The notes beneath the pieces are model-generated. The model did not search any database. It was not told the DNA's origin and saw only the letters and a program-made list of their open reading frames with translations. A DNA stretch of 45,596 bases from a virus (taxonomy: Duplodnaviria > Heunggongvirae > Uroviricota > Caudoviricetes), in IMG/VR virus record IMGVR_UViG_2778261121_000003, positions 1 through 45,596 of that record. One strand, written 5' to 3'. Position 1 is the first letter of the stretch; every line of letters starts with the position of its first letter. Shown here one piece after another: positions 26,701-35,092 of this stretch. The position numbers and the translations under genes are program-made.

Positions 26701-28460
26701 TAGAAGGTGATGCTGCAAACGCTAAACAACTGGAAGTGTTGCAGTCAACGGTAGAGGAAAGCTCCGCTGCCGTTGAAGAAATGAAAAAGACGGTTGCAGA
26801 GGTCGATCGTGCCAGCGCAGAACTTACTACGAACATTGAGGCGTTGGCCAAAACAAATATTGACCTGGCTCTTCGTCAAGATGAAGACCAGCACAAGCAG
26901 ATGGTCAATAACGCGAAGATCTCAACAACACAGAAAACCTTTGCTGATGATATGTCTGCAATGGCTACGAAGGTTGAAGAGATTCGTGTTGAACTTGAAG
27001 AAGACATCAGGAGTAGCATTCTGGAAGAATCTACCGCGCGCGTAGATGGTGATGAAGCGTTGTCAAACCGTGTAACTCAGCTGCAATCTAAGTTTGAAGG
27101 AGATATCAGCGCGGCGATTAGCACAGAACAGGAGGCTCGTGCATCTGCTGATGAGGCTCTGACAACACAGATCACTCAGCTTGAGTCAAAAGTAAGTAAC
27201 GATATCGTAGCGGCAATTAAGGAGGAGCAAGAAGCACGAGCAACGGAAGATTCTGCGCTGGCAAGCCAGATCACTCAACTTCAGGCAAAAGTTGATGATG
27301 ATATTTCTGCTGCAATACGTAGTGAGCAGGAGGCTCGTGCAAACGGGGACTCTGCTTTAGCCCAACAAATAAACCAACTCCGGGCACGGGTTGACGATGA
27401 TATATCAGCAGCCATTACTCAAGAGCAGGAAGCAAGAGCAAGTGCTGATGAGGCTTTATCCCGAGAAATTAACAGTCTGCGAGCGCAGACTGAAACTGAT
27501 ATTGCCGCAGCTGTTGCTGTAGAGACAAAGGCAAGGACGGATGCCGATAGCGCATTATCCAGCCAGATTACATCTCTTACAGCAAAAGCTAATGATCTCG
27601 AGGCGTCTATTGCCAGAGAGACAATTGCTCGAGCAGATGGTGATGAGGCTTTAACAAGAGATTTATCAAGTTTAATAACTCAGACGACGAATGATATTAG
27701 AGCAGATATAACAACTGAAGCACAGGCCAGGGTTGATGCTGACTCGGCATTATCATCGCGGATTACCACACTAACCTCCAAATATAAGGACGACATAAAA
27801 GCTGCGATTGCAACTGAGACGCAAACACGTACAGAGCAGGATGCTGCATTGGCGACTCAAATCACAAATTTAGAGTCTCAAACAGCAGCCAACATTTCTG
27901 CGGCGGTCACAACCGAAACGACAGCGAGAACGCAGGCAGATAATGCTCTGGGTGGTCGAATTGATACTCTTAGAGCTGAGGTGAATGGAAATAGTGCAAC
28001 AATTCAACAGCAGGCGACAGCTATTGCTGATACAAACAGAAAAGTATCAACTGCGTATACGTTGAAAATGGAAACCTCCACTAGCGGAGGACAGAAGTAC
28101 GTTGCAGGCATTGCTCTTGGAATTGACACAACAGGTCTTTCTCAGTTTTTGGTGCAGGCGGATAGATTTGGTTTGGTTAACTCAGTAAACGGGCAGATCA
28201 CCACGCCATTTGTTATCGAAAACAGTATCGCTTACATGAATGGTGCGTATATCAAGGATGGTACAATCACCAATGCAAAGGTAGGTGATCTGCAATCTAC
28301 CAATTTTGTTAGCGGTAGATCTGGATGGCGGTTTGGCAAAAATGGAACGCTTGAGATCAACGGTAATAGCGGAGGTAATGGGCGACTGGTCATAAATGGT
28401 CAGCGGATTGACGTTTATGACGATAACAACGTCCTACGAGTAAGAATTGGCCTTCTGTAA
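23733..28460 (+). CDS. tail tip / central fiber protein (lambda gpJ-like) with internal coiled-coil repeat insertion
   Basis: About 1575 aa; blocks such as NYPNSVLVGLKINSEQFGS, AFGCTSRGQAHRVGLWLL and C-terminal KYVAGIALGID...LSQFLVQADRFGLVN match lambda J; about 10 tandem ~33-aa heptad-like repeats (DDISAAI..EQEARA..D.AL...I..L) in the C-terminal third. Confidence 0.9.
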   Translation: MEQFKKKKLPLFIAGAGGKKSSKSSSRTPVEADDTVNSRAMAAILDLLGEGVIGGLVNGARSIFIDDLPIVNEDGSSNFSGITWDFRDGSQDQTPMSGFDFVETPKSVNIQLKKTHYVTVSIDNDEADRVRVIMKFPSLRSIDKKTGDTNGTTVEYKFQIANGDSTFVDVVAEGEKSVGIKLTAKKTGVYYRSYELKLPKPGRAYKVRVVRITDDNSSQYLYNDTWVDSIGEIVDTPMNYPNSVLVGLKINSEQFGSTMPSRSYLVRGLKIRVPSNYNEASNTYDGVWDGTFKLLSSSNPAWILFDLLTNARYGLGQYVSESMIDLGQLYQIGRYCDEEVDDGFGGKEKRFAINTQITSRQDAYRLIQDIAGAFRGMVFWAGGMVNIMQDSPSDPVMMFTNSNVKDGLFTYKGSARKDRPSVALVTYNNKEDGYKQNIEYVEDQDAMRRYGERKTEVVAFGCTSRGQAHRVGLWLLYTARMESDVITFTAGLDASFLMPGETVLIQNKYRAGKRNSGRIVEFTKNSITLDAPVSLAKSGSFIRILNQEGKIVERDVLETGENITKVTFSKALSSAETPVLNGVWTITEPDLEPMRVRIVNIAQGETPGSFDITAVENNSSKYEAIDNGATLIPQNTTVLDPTYSKPSNLQITEGTYLSSPGNLSVKLTATWEGKSPEYWISWRRSDENNVSNWQSARVTEEQYEIVNVAENGRYDFQLYAVSFNGKKTEIISTVYQVLGTMTPPDAPTSLTAVGDYRNVILNWVNPDSVDLDHINVYASQTNNLDTAKLIAESASTTFTHAGLGDSETWYYWVRASNKRGMLSPPNSNLGTEATTRDVLSFLEGKITSSELGQALLEDINSKASQEAVDELNEHINQSVESLEGTVNNVKEDIADLEKQFSDNIADFEITFNERSDALESAQNELRGEVSATIDKVNEAFEKIDATNAAIVEIENTVSEHDTALANAAEAISAARNEAAALIAEEREARVEGDAANAKQLEVLQSTVEESSAAVEEMKKTVAEVDRASAELTTNIEALAKTNIDLALRQDEDQHKQMVNNAKISTTQKTFADDMSAMATKVEEIRVELEEDIRSSILEESTARVDGDEALSNRVTQLQSKFEGDISAAISTEQEARASADEALTTQITQLESKVSNDIVAAIKEEQEARATEDSALASQITQLQAKVDDDISAAIRSEQEARANGDSALAQQINQLRARVDDDISAAITQEQEARASADEALSREINSLRAQTETDIAAAVAVETKARTDADSALSSQITSLTAKANDLEASIARETIARADGDEALTRDLSSLITQTTNDIRADITTEAQARVDADSALSSRITTLTSKYKDDIKAAIATETQTRTEQDAALATQITNLESQTAANISAAVTTETTARTQADNALGGRIDTLRAEVNGNSATIQQQATAIADTNRKVSTAYTLKMETSTSGGQKYVAGIALGIDTTGLSQFLVQADRFGLVNSVNGQITTPFVIENSIAYMNGAYIKDGTITNAKVGDLQSTNFVSGRSGWRFGKNGTLEINGNSGGNGRLVINGQRIDVYDDNNVLRVRIGLL

Positions 28461-28487
28461 TGTAGAAAAAAATATTTACATCGGTAA

Positions 28488-28508
28488 AAATAAGTAGGTA
28501 CTTACTTT
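28488..28508 (+). promoter_or_regulatory. conserved intergenic motif (AAATAAGTAGGTACTTACTTT)
   Basis: Motif-family member followed by a hairpin (GGTGGGC...GCCCACC) and AAGGAG SD of the tail fiber gene. Confidence 0.35.
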
Positions 28509-28552
28509 ATGGTGGGCAAGGATAGCCCACCAAATCAAGGAGCATATTCAAC

Positions 28553-31500
28553 ATGTGGTACAGGGAAGGTACTATCACATTTACACAGGGTAGTAATACT
28601 CTAGTTGGGGTTGGGACAGCCTGGAACGTAACAGCTAATGGTGTGTTGCCGGGAATGATCGTCATTGGTCCCGACAATAAGCTGTATGAGATCAAGCGTG
28701 TAACCAGTGATACGAATATTGTTCTCTCAGAACCTTATACCGGCGAAACTCAGTCTGAAGTTCCGTGCCGAATCATTACGACCTATGAAGGCGACTTAAC
28801 ACAGTTTAGCGCGCGCTTTACTGCGCTAATGTCGCGTATGTCGGCTGATTCCAAGTCCATGCGCAGTTGGTTGACTGCGCTGGATGAGGTGACAATCGAG
28901 CGTGAAGACGGTACAGAAGTGACCGTTAAGCCGCTGATGCAGATCGTCAACGAGCACAACGAAAACGTTGAGTGGTATAAAAATAACACCGACGCGATTG
29001 ACGCTGCTGGCGACAAAGCTCGTGAGGCGGCGGCCAGTGCTGCCGCAGCAGCAGAAAGCGCCAATACCGCTGGAGAAAAAGCATCTCAAGCGTCTCAAAG
29101 TGCACAGGCTGCAGCTTCGTCACAAAGTGCCGCTAGCGCGAGTGAGTCTGCTTCAAGGGTATCTGAAACGAACGCAGAATTAGCAAAAGAAGCAGCTGCA
29201 CAATCGGAGGCTATCGCATCATCAGCAGCTGCTGCGGCTAATGAAAAAGCTATAGAGGCCACAAATCAGGCAACAACTGCGAAAAATTATGCATTAGAAG
29301 CAAAGTCATCTGAATTAAATGCAAAGGCTTCAGAAGACAATGCGGCTTCCTCTATGGCCGCAGCTGCTGAATCTGCAAGTTCTGCGTCTTCATCAGAGAG
29401 TTCTGCTTCTGCTTCAAAAGATGAGGCTGCACGTCAAGCATCTGAGGCTGCTGGAAGTGCTGTGATAGCGTCAACAAAGGCAACAGAGGCGGAAGGCAGT
29501 GCTACGGCTGCATCTCAGAGCAAAACTGCTGCTGAATCCGCTGCGATACGTGCAGAAGCTGCCGCTGATCGTGCTGAGGAGATTGCCGGTGCAGTTGCGA
29601 TGGAAGACGCAAGTCTTACAACTAAAGGTGTTGTGAAACTTAGTAGTGCTGTCGACAGCACCAGTGAATCGCTGGCCGCAACGCCAAAAGCAGTTAAAGC
29701 AGCCAATGACAATGCAAATAGCAGGTTGGCGAAAAATCAGAACGGTGCAGATATCCAGGATAAATCAGCTTTTCTGGACAATGTTGGCGTCACCAGCCTG
29801 ACGTTTATGAAAAACAACGGAGAAATGCCGGTTGATGCTGACCTGAATGCTTTTGGCCCCGTTGAGGCTTATCTTGGCGTCTGGTCTAAAGCAACATCCA
29901 CCAACGCAACACTGGAGAAAAATTTCCCGGAAGATAATGCTGTCGGTGTGCTTGAGGTTTTTGCAGCTGGCAATTTTGCAGGTACGCAACGCTTCACCAC
30001 GAGAGACGGCAATGTATACATACGCAGACTCGCCAATAAGTGGAATGGCTCTGATGGTCCGTGGGGCATATGGCGTCACACTCAATCAGCTACCCGCCCT
30101 TTGAGTACGGCTATAGACCTGAATACGCTTGGAGCCGCCGAACATCTTGGTTTATGGCGTAACAGTAGCTCGGCTATAGCTTCATATGAACGCAATTATC
30201 CAGAGGAAGGCGGCTTTGCTCAGGGGATGCTTGAGATCCTCGAAGGCGGAAATTATGGAAGAACGCAACGTTATACCACTCGCCGTGGAAATATGTATGT
30301 CCGCTGCCTTGCGGCAAGCTGGGATGCATCAAATCCGCAGTGGGAACCGTGGTTAAGAGTCGGTCATCAGTCAGAGAGCCGTTATTACGAAGGTGATTTG
30401 AATGTTCTAACCGACCCTGGTATTTACAGTGTGACGGGTAAAGCGAGCAATGGTCCATTGCTGGATTCATCCGGTGCAACACTACTAGGGGTGTTAGAGG
30501 TTATCAGACGTTTTGATTACGTTGCCGTATTGCAACGCTATACCACAACAGGGACAGGAACGACAACGAAAGGTCGCTCATATGAACGAGTCTATACCGC
30601 CAGCTCATGGAGCGAATGGCGGGAAGTCTACACCTCGTATTCACTTCCCCTGAATCTGGGTATCGGTGGCGCAGCAGCAAAACTCACCAGTCTGGACTGG
30701 CAGACCTACGACTTTGTGCCGGGCAGTCTGATAACCGTTCGGCTGGATAACATGACCAATATTCCCGACGGTATGGACTGGGGGGTCATTGATGGCAACC
30801 TGATAAACATCGCTGTTGGCCCAAGTGATGATACCGGTACGGGACGCTCAATGCATGTATGGCGCAGCACTGTAAGTAAAGCCAACTACCGCTTTTTTAT
30901 GGTGCGTATTTCAGGAAATCCGGGAAGCCGCACGATCACAGCAAGACGTGTGCCAATTATCGACGAAGCCCAAACCTGGAGTGCTCACCAGACATTCAGC
31001 GGTGGTCTTGGCGGAGAGCTGTCCGGCAATGCTGCTACAGCTACTAAATTGCAGACAGCAAGAACCATCGGTGGTGTAAGCTTCGATGGCACTGCTAATA
31101 TTAATTTGCCTGGTGTTAATGCTGCCGGTAATCAGAACACTACCGGTAACGCGGCCACAGCGACCAAGTTGCAAACTGCTAGAACTATTAACGGGGTGTC
31201 GTTTAACGGCTCTGCGAATATTTCAATACCAACAATTACGTCCAGAGGACGCGTTACTGCGCTCACCGGTACAACACAAGGTGCTGCGACTGGATTGCAG
31301 ATGTACGAGGCATATAACAATGGTTATCCTTCTGATTACGGAAATGTACTTCACTTAAAAGGGGCAACGGCCGTTGGTGAAGGCGAGTTGTTCATTGGCT
31401 GGAGTGGTACAAGTGGCGCTCATGCACCTGTACATGTACGTTCGCGACGAGATACTGATACGGCTAGTTGGTCAGAGTGGGCGCAAGTTTATACGTCCAA

Positions 31501-32320
31501 AGACTCAATTCCGGGTGTTAATGCCACCGGTAATCAGAATACTACTGGCAATGCAGCATCAGCCACAAAGTTACAAACTGCCAGAACAATTGGAGGTGTT
31601 AGTTTTAACGGTACAGCCAATATTAACTTGCCGGGCGTTAATATAGCGGGTAATCAGAATACGACTGGCAATGCAGCATCAGCCACAAAGCTACAAACGG
31701 CTCGAACTATAGGTGGTGTTAGTTTTAACGGTACAGCCAATATTAACTTGCCCGGTGTGAATATAGCGGGTAATCAGAATACGACTGGTAATGCTGCAAC
31801 CGCCACAAAATTGCAGACAGCAAGGAAAATTGCTGGTGTGGCGTTTGATGGCTCTGCCGATATAACTTTGACTGCGACTAATGTTAATGCTTATACGAAA
31901 ACAGAGGTAACAAACCTTCTAAGTTCCTATGTGAAGAGCACTGCTCTTCCAAGCATGACTGTGCGAACTTCCTCTGTTTCTGGTGGGGATATGGGCATGA
32001 GTTTGTCTGCATTCATTAGCCACCTTAGATCAAATGGAGCGTTTAGCAAAAGTTATTGGATTGGCTTTGGCGATGCTATGGGATTCAATGCTGGCAGTAT
32101 AAACAATATAACGGGATTTGGTGCTGTAGAATTAGCAGAATCTATAATCGAAGTTTTTAATCTACCTAACGGTGATTATACAATTCGTTTAACAACGTCA
32201 CACAAAGCTGATTACGGTGGAGTGACAAACGCAATCCTCGTTTATCACTACCGTAGTAATAGAAGTCCGTCAGGTCAATGGCTTAAATTTGCCGGTACTG
32301 TTGGGGCAACAAGCAACTGA
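28553..32320 (+). CDS. long tail fiber protein (repeat-containing)
   Basis: 1255 aa; N-terminal Ala/Ser/Glu-rich low-complexity helical region; five copies of a ~40-aa module NQNTTGNAA(S/T)ATKLQTARTIGGVSFNGTANINLPGVN with near-identical 120-bp DNA repeats. Confidence 0.85.
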   Translation: MWYREGTITFTQGSNTLVGVGTAWNVTANGVLPGMIVIGPDNKLYEIKRVTSDTNIVLSEPYTGETQSEVPCRIITTYEGDLTQFSARFTALMSRMSADSKSMRSWLTALDEVTIEREDGTEVTVKPLMQIVNEHNENVEWYKNNTDAIDAAGDKAREAAASAAAAAESANTAGEKASQASQSAQAAASSQSAASASESASRVSETNAELAKEAAAQSEAIASSAAAAANEKAIEATNQATTAKNYALEAKSSELNAKASEDNAASSMAAAAESASSASSSESSASASKDEAARQASEAAGSAVIASTKATEAEGSATAASQSKTAAESAAIRAEAAADRAEEIAGAVAMEDASLTTKGVVKLSSAVDSTSESLAATPKAVKAANDNANSRLAKNQNGADIQDKSAFLDNVGVTSLTFMKNNGEMPVDADLNAFGPVEAYLGVWSKATSTNATLEKNFPEDNAVGVLEVFAAGNFAGTQRFTTRDGNVYIRRLANKWNGSDGPWGIWRHTQSATRPLSTAIDLNTLGAAEHLGLWRNSSSAIASYERNYPEEGGFAQGMLEILEGGNYGRTQRYTTRRGNMYVRCLAASWDASNPQWEPWLRVGHQSESRYYEGDLNVLTDPGIYSVTGKASNGPLLDSSGATLLGVLEVIRRFDYVAVLQRYTTTGTGTTTKGRSYERVYTASSWSEWREVYTSYSLPLNLGIGGAAAKLTSLDWQTYDFVPGSLITVRLDNMTNIPDGMDWGVIDGNLINIAVGPSDDTGTGRSMHVWRSTVSKANYRFFMVRISGNPGSRTITARRVPIIDEAQTWSAHQTFSGGLGGELSGNAATATKLQTARTIGGVSFDGTANINLPGVNAAGNQNTTGNAATATKLQTARTINGVSFNGSANISIPTITSRGRVTALTGTTQGAATGLQMYEAYNNGYPSDYGNVLHLKGATAVGEGELFIGWSGTSGAHAPVHVRSRRDTDTASWSEWAQVYTSKDSIPGVNATGNQNTTGNAASATKLQTARTIGGVSFNGTANINLPGVNIAGNQNTTGNAASATKLQTARTIGGVSFNGTANINLPGVNIAGNQNTTGNAATATKLQTARKIAGVAFDGSADITLTATNVNAYTKTEVTNLLSSYVKSTALPSMTVRTSSVSGGDMGMSLSAFISHLRSNGAFSKSYWIGFGDAMGFNAGSINNITGFGAVELAESIIEVFNLPNGDYTIRLTTSHKADYGGVTNAILVYHYRSNRSPSGQWLKFAGTVGATSN

Positions 32321-32440
32321 TTTAGATATTATTTATATGGCTGTGAGGTTTAAAAATGCGATCTCACAGCCGTAATCATAGGGATATATTATTGAGTTAC
32401 GAGATACGAATTTGAACAGTCGTTAAACGAAATACTGTAT

Positions 32441-32455
32441 TGATAAGTAAGTACA
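32441..32455 (+). promoter_or_regulatory. conserved intergenic motif (TGATAAGTAAGTACA)
   Basis: Motif-family member upstream of the lysis cassette. Confidence 0.35.
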
Positions 32456-32524
32456 CACCTACAATAAGAGGGTGAAATGTGATATAAGTCCGCCATCCCG
32501 ATTTGACTTTTCATGGAGGAAAAC

Positions 32525-32848
32525 ATGTCGAACGAGATGGCGGGCGTTACAACTGAGCAAGTTGAGCGTATAGCCGCGATCGTTGCTCGGGAGGTTGTTG
32601 GCAAATTAGGTAAAGAGCTACGTGAAGAAATTGGCCAGGAGGTCAACGATCAGCTGAAAACCTACTTTGGTGATATGACCCCGGCGCAACATAGTATTCA
32701 ACACTCCAACCTGGACAAACTCCTTAACCGGTTAGATTCCATCTCAAGTGGGTTCTTTGGCGGCATTGTTTCTAAAATAACGTCGTTCATTATTACCGCA
32801 CTGCTTTTGGGGTTAGCCGCGTATGGCGTAAAAAATGGACTGCAATAA
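32525..32848 (+). CDS. putative holin-like lysis protein (single C-terminal TM segment)
   Basis: Preferred start ATG 32525 with GGAGG SD; hydrophilic N-terminus and C-terminal hydrophobic helix FFGGIVSKITSFIITALLLGLAAYGV; first gene of the lysis block. Confidence 0.4.
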   Translation: MSNEMAGVTTEQVERIAAIVAREVVGKLGKELREEIGQEVNDQLKTYFGDMTPAQHSIQHSNLDKLLNRLDSISSGFFGGIVSKITSFIITALLLGLAAYGVKNGLQ

Positions 32849-32861
32849 CAGGAGATCAAGG

Positions 32862-33554
32862 ATGAAGACTCCGAGAGGCATTCGTAATAATAACCCCGGT
32901 AATCTTGATAAAGGATCACCGTGGCAAGGTCTGGTTGCGAATCCAGACGAACCGCGCTTTTGCACGTTTAAAGACCCTGTTTGGGGGATTCGTGCGCTGG
33001 CGGTGACTCTAATTACCTACCACGACAAACGTCGCGCAAAAGACGGCTCAAGTATCGATACCATTCGTGAAGTTATTGAACGTTGGGCACCGCCGAATGA
33101 AAACAACACTGACGCCTACATTAATGAGGTGTCTAAAGCCGTTGGTGTAACCGCAGACATGATCATCGATCTGCATGATTACGACATCCTTCGACCTTTG
33201 GTTGAGGCAATCATTCGCCACGAGAATGGTCGAGGTCCACTAAAAACGCTGAACACCTGGTATGCGACAGAAGTTATTGAGGAAGGCCTGCGTCGGGCTG
33301 GCGTCGTTAAGTCGGTGAAAACCGTGAAGGCTGTTCCTGTAACTAAAGAAACCGCAGGCGCAACTGTTACCGCAGGGATTGGTCTGGCGCAGCTTGCCGA
33401 TGTTATGCCGCAGGTTTCCGCTGCTATGGATAAGGCACAAGGCCATATCTCTAGCGGGGATACAGTACGCATCATCTTCGGTATTGCCACTATTGTTGTG
33501 GCCGGATTCATTGCCTGGTCGCAGGTAAGAAAACACCAGAAAGGGATGGTTTAA
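32862..33554 (+). CDS. putative endolysin / peptidoglycan hydrolase (family not recognised) with C-terminal membrane anchor
   Basis: Start ATG 32862 with GGAG SD; located between the holin-like gene and spanins; C-terminal hydrophobic helix IIFGIATIVVAGFIAWSQV; catalytic family not identifiable by eye. Confidence 0.4.
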   Translation: MKTPRGIRNNNPGNLDKGSPWQGLVANPDEPRFCTFKDPVWGIRALAVTLITYHDKRRAKDGSSIDTIREVIERWAPPNENNTDAYINEVSKAVGVTADMIIDLHDYDILRPLVEAIIRHENGRGPLKTLNTWYATEVIEEGLRRAGVVKSVKTVKAVPVTKETAGATVTAGIGLAQLADVMPQVSAAMDKAQGHISSGDTVRIIFGIATIVVAGFIAWSQVRKHQKGMV

Positions 33555-33555
33555 T

Positions 33556-33807
33556 ATGCTAGGCAGCCTGATGACAAAGCTAAAAGTTGCTTTGATTACG
33601 CTGGCTGCCGTTCTTTTCGTTCTGGTCGGCGCTTATACGATGGGCGGAAATGCGGCGCGACGAGCAATGGAAGAGAAGGCAAAACAGGAAGACAGAAAAC
33701 GACTTCAAAACACAGTGAAAGTGGTGAATGAGACGAGCAGTAAAATACGTCAGAAAGATGCTTCTGCCGTTCATCGTGAGTTGTATGATAAGTGGGTGCG
33801 TCATTAA
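33556..33807 (+). CDS. i-spanin (Rz-like)
   Basis: 83 aa; N-terminal TM helix (LKVALITLAAVLFVLVGAY) followed by a charged helical region; an o-spanin lipoprotein ORF overlaps in a different frame. Confidence 0.7.
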   Translation: MLGSLMTKLKVALITLAAVLFVLVGAYTMGGNAARRAMEEKAKQEDRKRLQNTVKVVNETSSKIRQKDASAVHRELYDKWVRH

Positions 33808-33943
33808 ACCACAAACAGCCAGCGTGTTGTTCTGCGATGGGGCTGAGCCTATCTATATCAGCAATAATGATGTAATGACTGAAGAAACCGAACGCCAAAT
33901 CCTTTTTCACAATACGATGGGAGAGAGGGTTTGTGGTTGGTGA
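33728..33943 (+). CDS. o-spanin (Rz1-like outer-membrane lipoprotein)
   Basis: Signal peptide with lipobox MISGC (LLPFIVSCMISGC); overlaps and extends beyond the i-spanin gene. Confidence 0.7.
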   Translation: MRRAVKYVRKMLLPFIVSCMISGCVIKPQTASVLFCDGAEPIYISNNDVMTEETERQILFHNTMGERVCGW

Positions 33944-33950
33944 TGTCGAA

Positions 33951-33972
33951 GTTCCCCTCAAATGAGGGGAAC
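33951..33972. terminator. hairpin between convergent genes (possible bidirectional terminator)
   Basis: GTTCCCCTC-aaat-GAGGGGAAC between the o-spanin stop and the stop of the minus-strand toxin gene; no clear T-tract. Confidence 0.4.
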
Positions 33973-33975
33973 ACA

Positions 33976-34497
33976 TTATTCTTCGAACAATTTTTCGATA
34001 GATTTTGTAGGATAGAACAAAGAACGCTCGTTGTTACCAACCAGCTGGATAAAGCCTAAACTTTTATAAAACGCCTTGGCTTTGTCATTTAACGCCTCAA
34101 CGAAAAGTCCATGAATGCCTACAGCAAGAGATGCATTGTACACAACGCGCATTGCATGTGTTACAAGCATTGAGCCAAATCCTTGACCTTGAAGGGACTT
34201 GTCCAAAGCCAGCCTACCCAAAGTAACACTTGGAACATTCCGATAAGGAACCTTCTTTTGTTTGCTTCTTGAAGGTAAGGACTCCTTTTCAAAGCAGCTG
34301 CCTGACAAAGTGTAATACCCTAACACTTTGGGTCTGTCTTCTTTAGTGCAAAGCACATAAGCGCGAAGAATTTTTCCCTCATGCTGCCTTTTTAAGTGGT
34401 TGGTTAAAAAGGCATTTAGTGATTCTTCACCGCAATCAAAACCATTCAAATCATAATCTTTCTCTCCAGAGAAAATTTCTATCTTTATATTATCCAC
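33976..34497 (-). CDS. GNAT-family acetyltransferase toxin (TacT/AtaT/KacT-like)
   Basis: 173 aa; GNAT motif LQGQGFGSMLV; size and sequence character typical of GNAT toxins paired with DUF1778 antitoxins; GTG start 7 nt after the antitoxin stop, with GGAG SD. Confidence 0.8.
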   Translation of the reverse strand: MDNIKIEIFSGEKDYDLNGFDCGEESLNAFLTNHLKRQHEGKILRAYVLCTKEDRPKVLGYYTLSGSCFEKESLPSRSKQKKVPYRNVPSVTLGRLALDKSLQGQGFGSMLVTHAMRVVYNASLAVGIHGLFVEALNDKAKAFYKSLGFIQLVGNNERSLFYPTKSIEKLFEE

Positions 34498-34504
34498 GAG
34501 TAAA

Positions 34505-34774
34505 CTACTCCATGCTTTTCAGACGATCAGCAGCTCGTTTCAGCTTGTCGTTCGGTGCCGGAGGATTGCTTATAGCGTCCATAACCAGATTCCAGGATTC
34601 TTCATTCAGAACTAGTCTACGGTGTTGCTCTATAACTTTCACGGCACGTTCAGATGCACTGCTAACCATAAACTGAGTAATGCTCTGGTTAGACATTGCG
34701 GCAGCTTCCTCGATGATGCTTTTATCGTCATCGGTTAATCTCAAATCGATGCGCTGCTTTTTTAGTGCTGACAT
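34505..34774 (-). CDS. DUF1778-type (RHH) antitoxin (TacA/AtaR-like)
   Basis: 89 aa from ATG 34774 (AGGAGG SD); RIDLRLTDDDKSIIEEAAAMSNQSITQFMV...NPPAPNDKLKRA matches the DUF1778 antitoxin pattern; directly upstream of the GNAT toxin. Confidence 0.8.
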   Translation of the reverse strand: MSALKKQRIDLRLTDDDKSIIEEAAAMSNQSITQFMVSSASERAVKVIEQHRRLVLNEESWNLVMDAISNPPAPNDKLKRAADRLKSME

Positions 34775-34894
34775 GTATTCCTCCTGATGGCCGTGATGTA
34801 GGAAGGCCATCAATCTCCTCTGTTCAAACTGAGTTTTCGACTCAAAAATTACTTTAAAAGGCTATAGCCCATTACGTGTGCATTATCAAATTGT

Positions 34895-34913
34895 GTACGG
34901 CATATCACCGTAC
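34895..34913. promoter_or_regulatory. palindrome in TA/ParA divergent promoter region (candidate operator)
   Basis: GTACGG-catatca-CCGTAC about 120 bp upstream of the antitoxin start, in the 280-bp divergent intergenic region. Confidence 0.3.
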
Positions 34914-35092
34914 TTGTAATATAGAGGTCATTGTTACTTTTTTCAACAGACAAATACAAGCTATGATTGCCAATTGTTAATCACAACCTACCATTTAACC
35001 TTTACACCGCAGCCGTAGGCATTTAGGCTATATCACATATAAGAAAACAAGTTGTTTCAGACGATAATTATATACGCAAAGGGAACTCTCCA

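Noticed and set aside
26324-26851. 175-aa minus-strand ORF (Ala/Ser-rich) inside the J-like gene
   Set aside because: Antisense artefact of the coiled-coil repeat region.
31000-31870. Possible CRISPR array suggested by regular ~120-bp direct repeats
   Set aside because: The repeats are in-frame coding repeats within the tail fiber ORF, too long and without unique spacers; not a CRISPR array.
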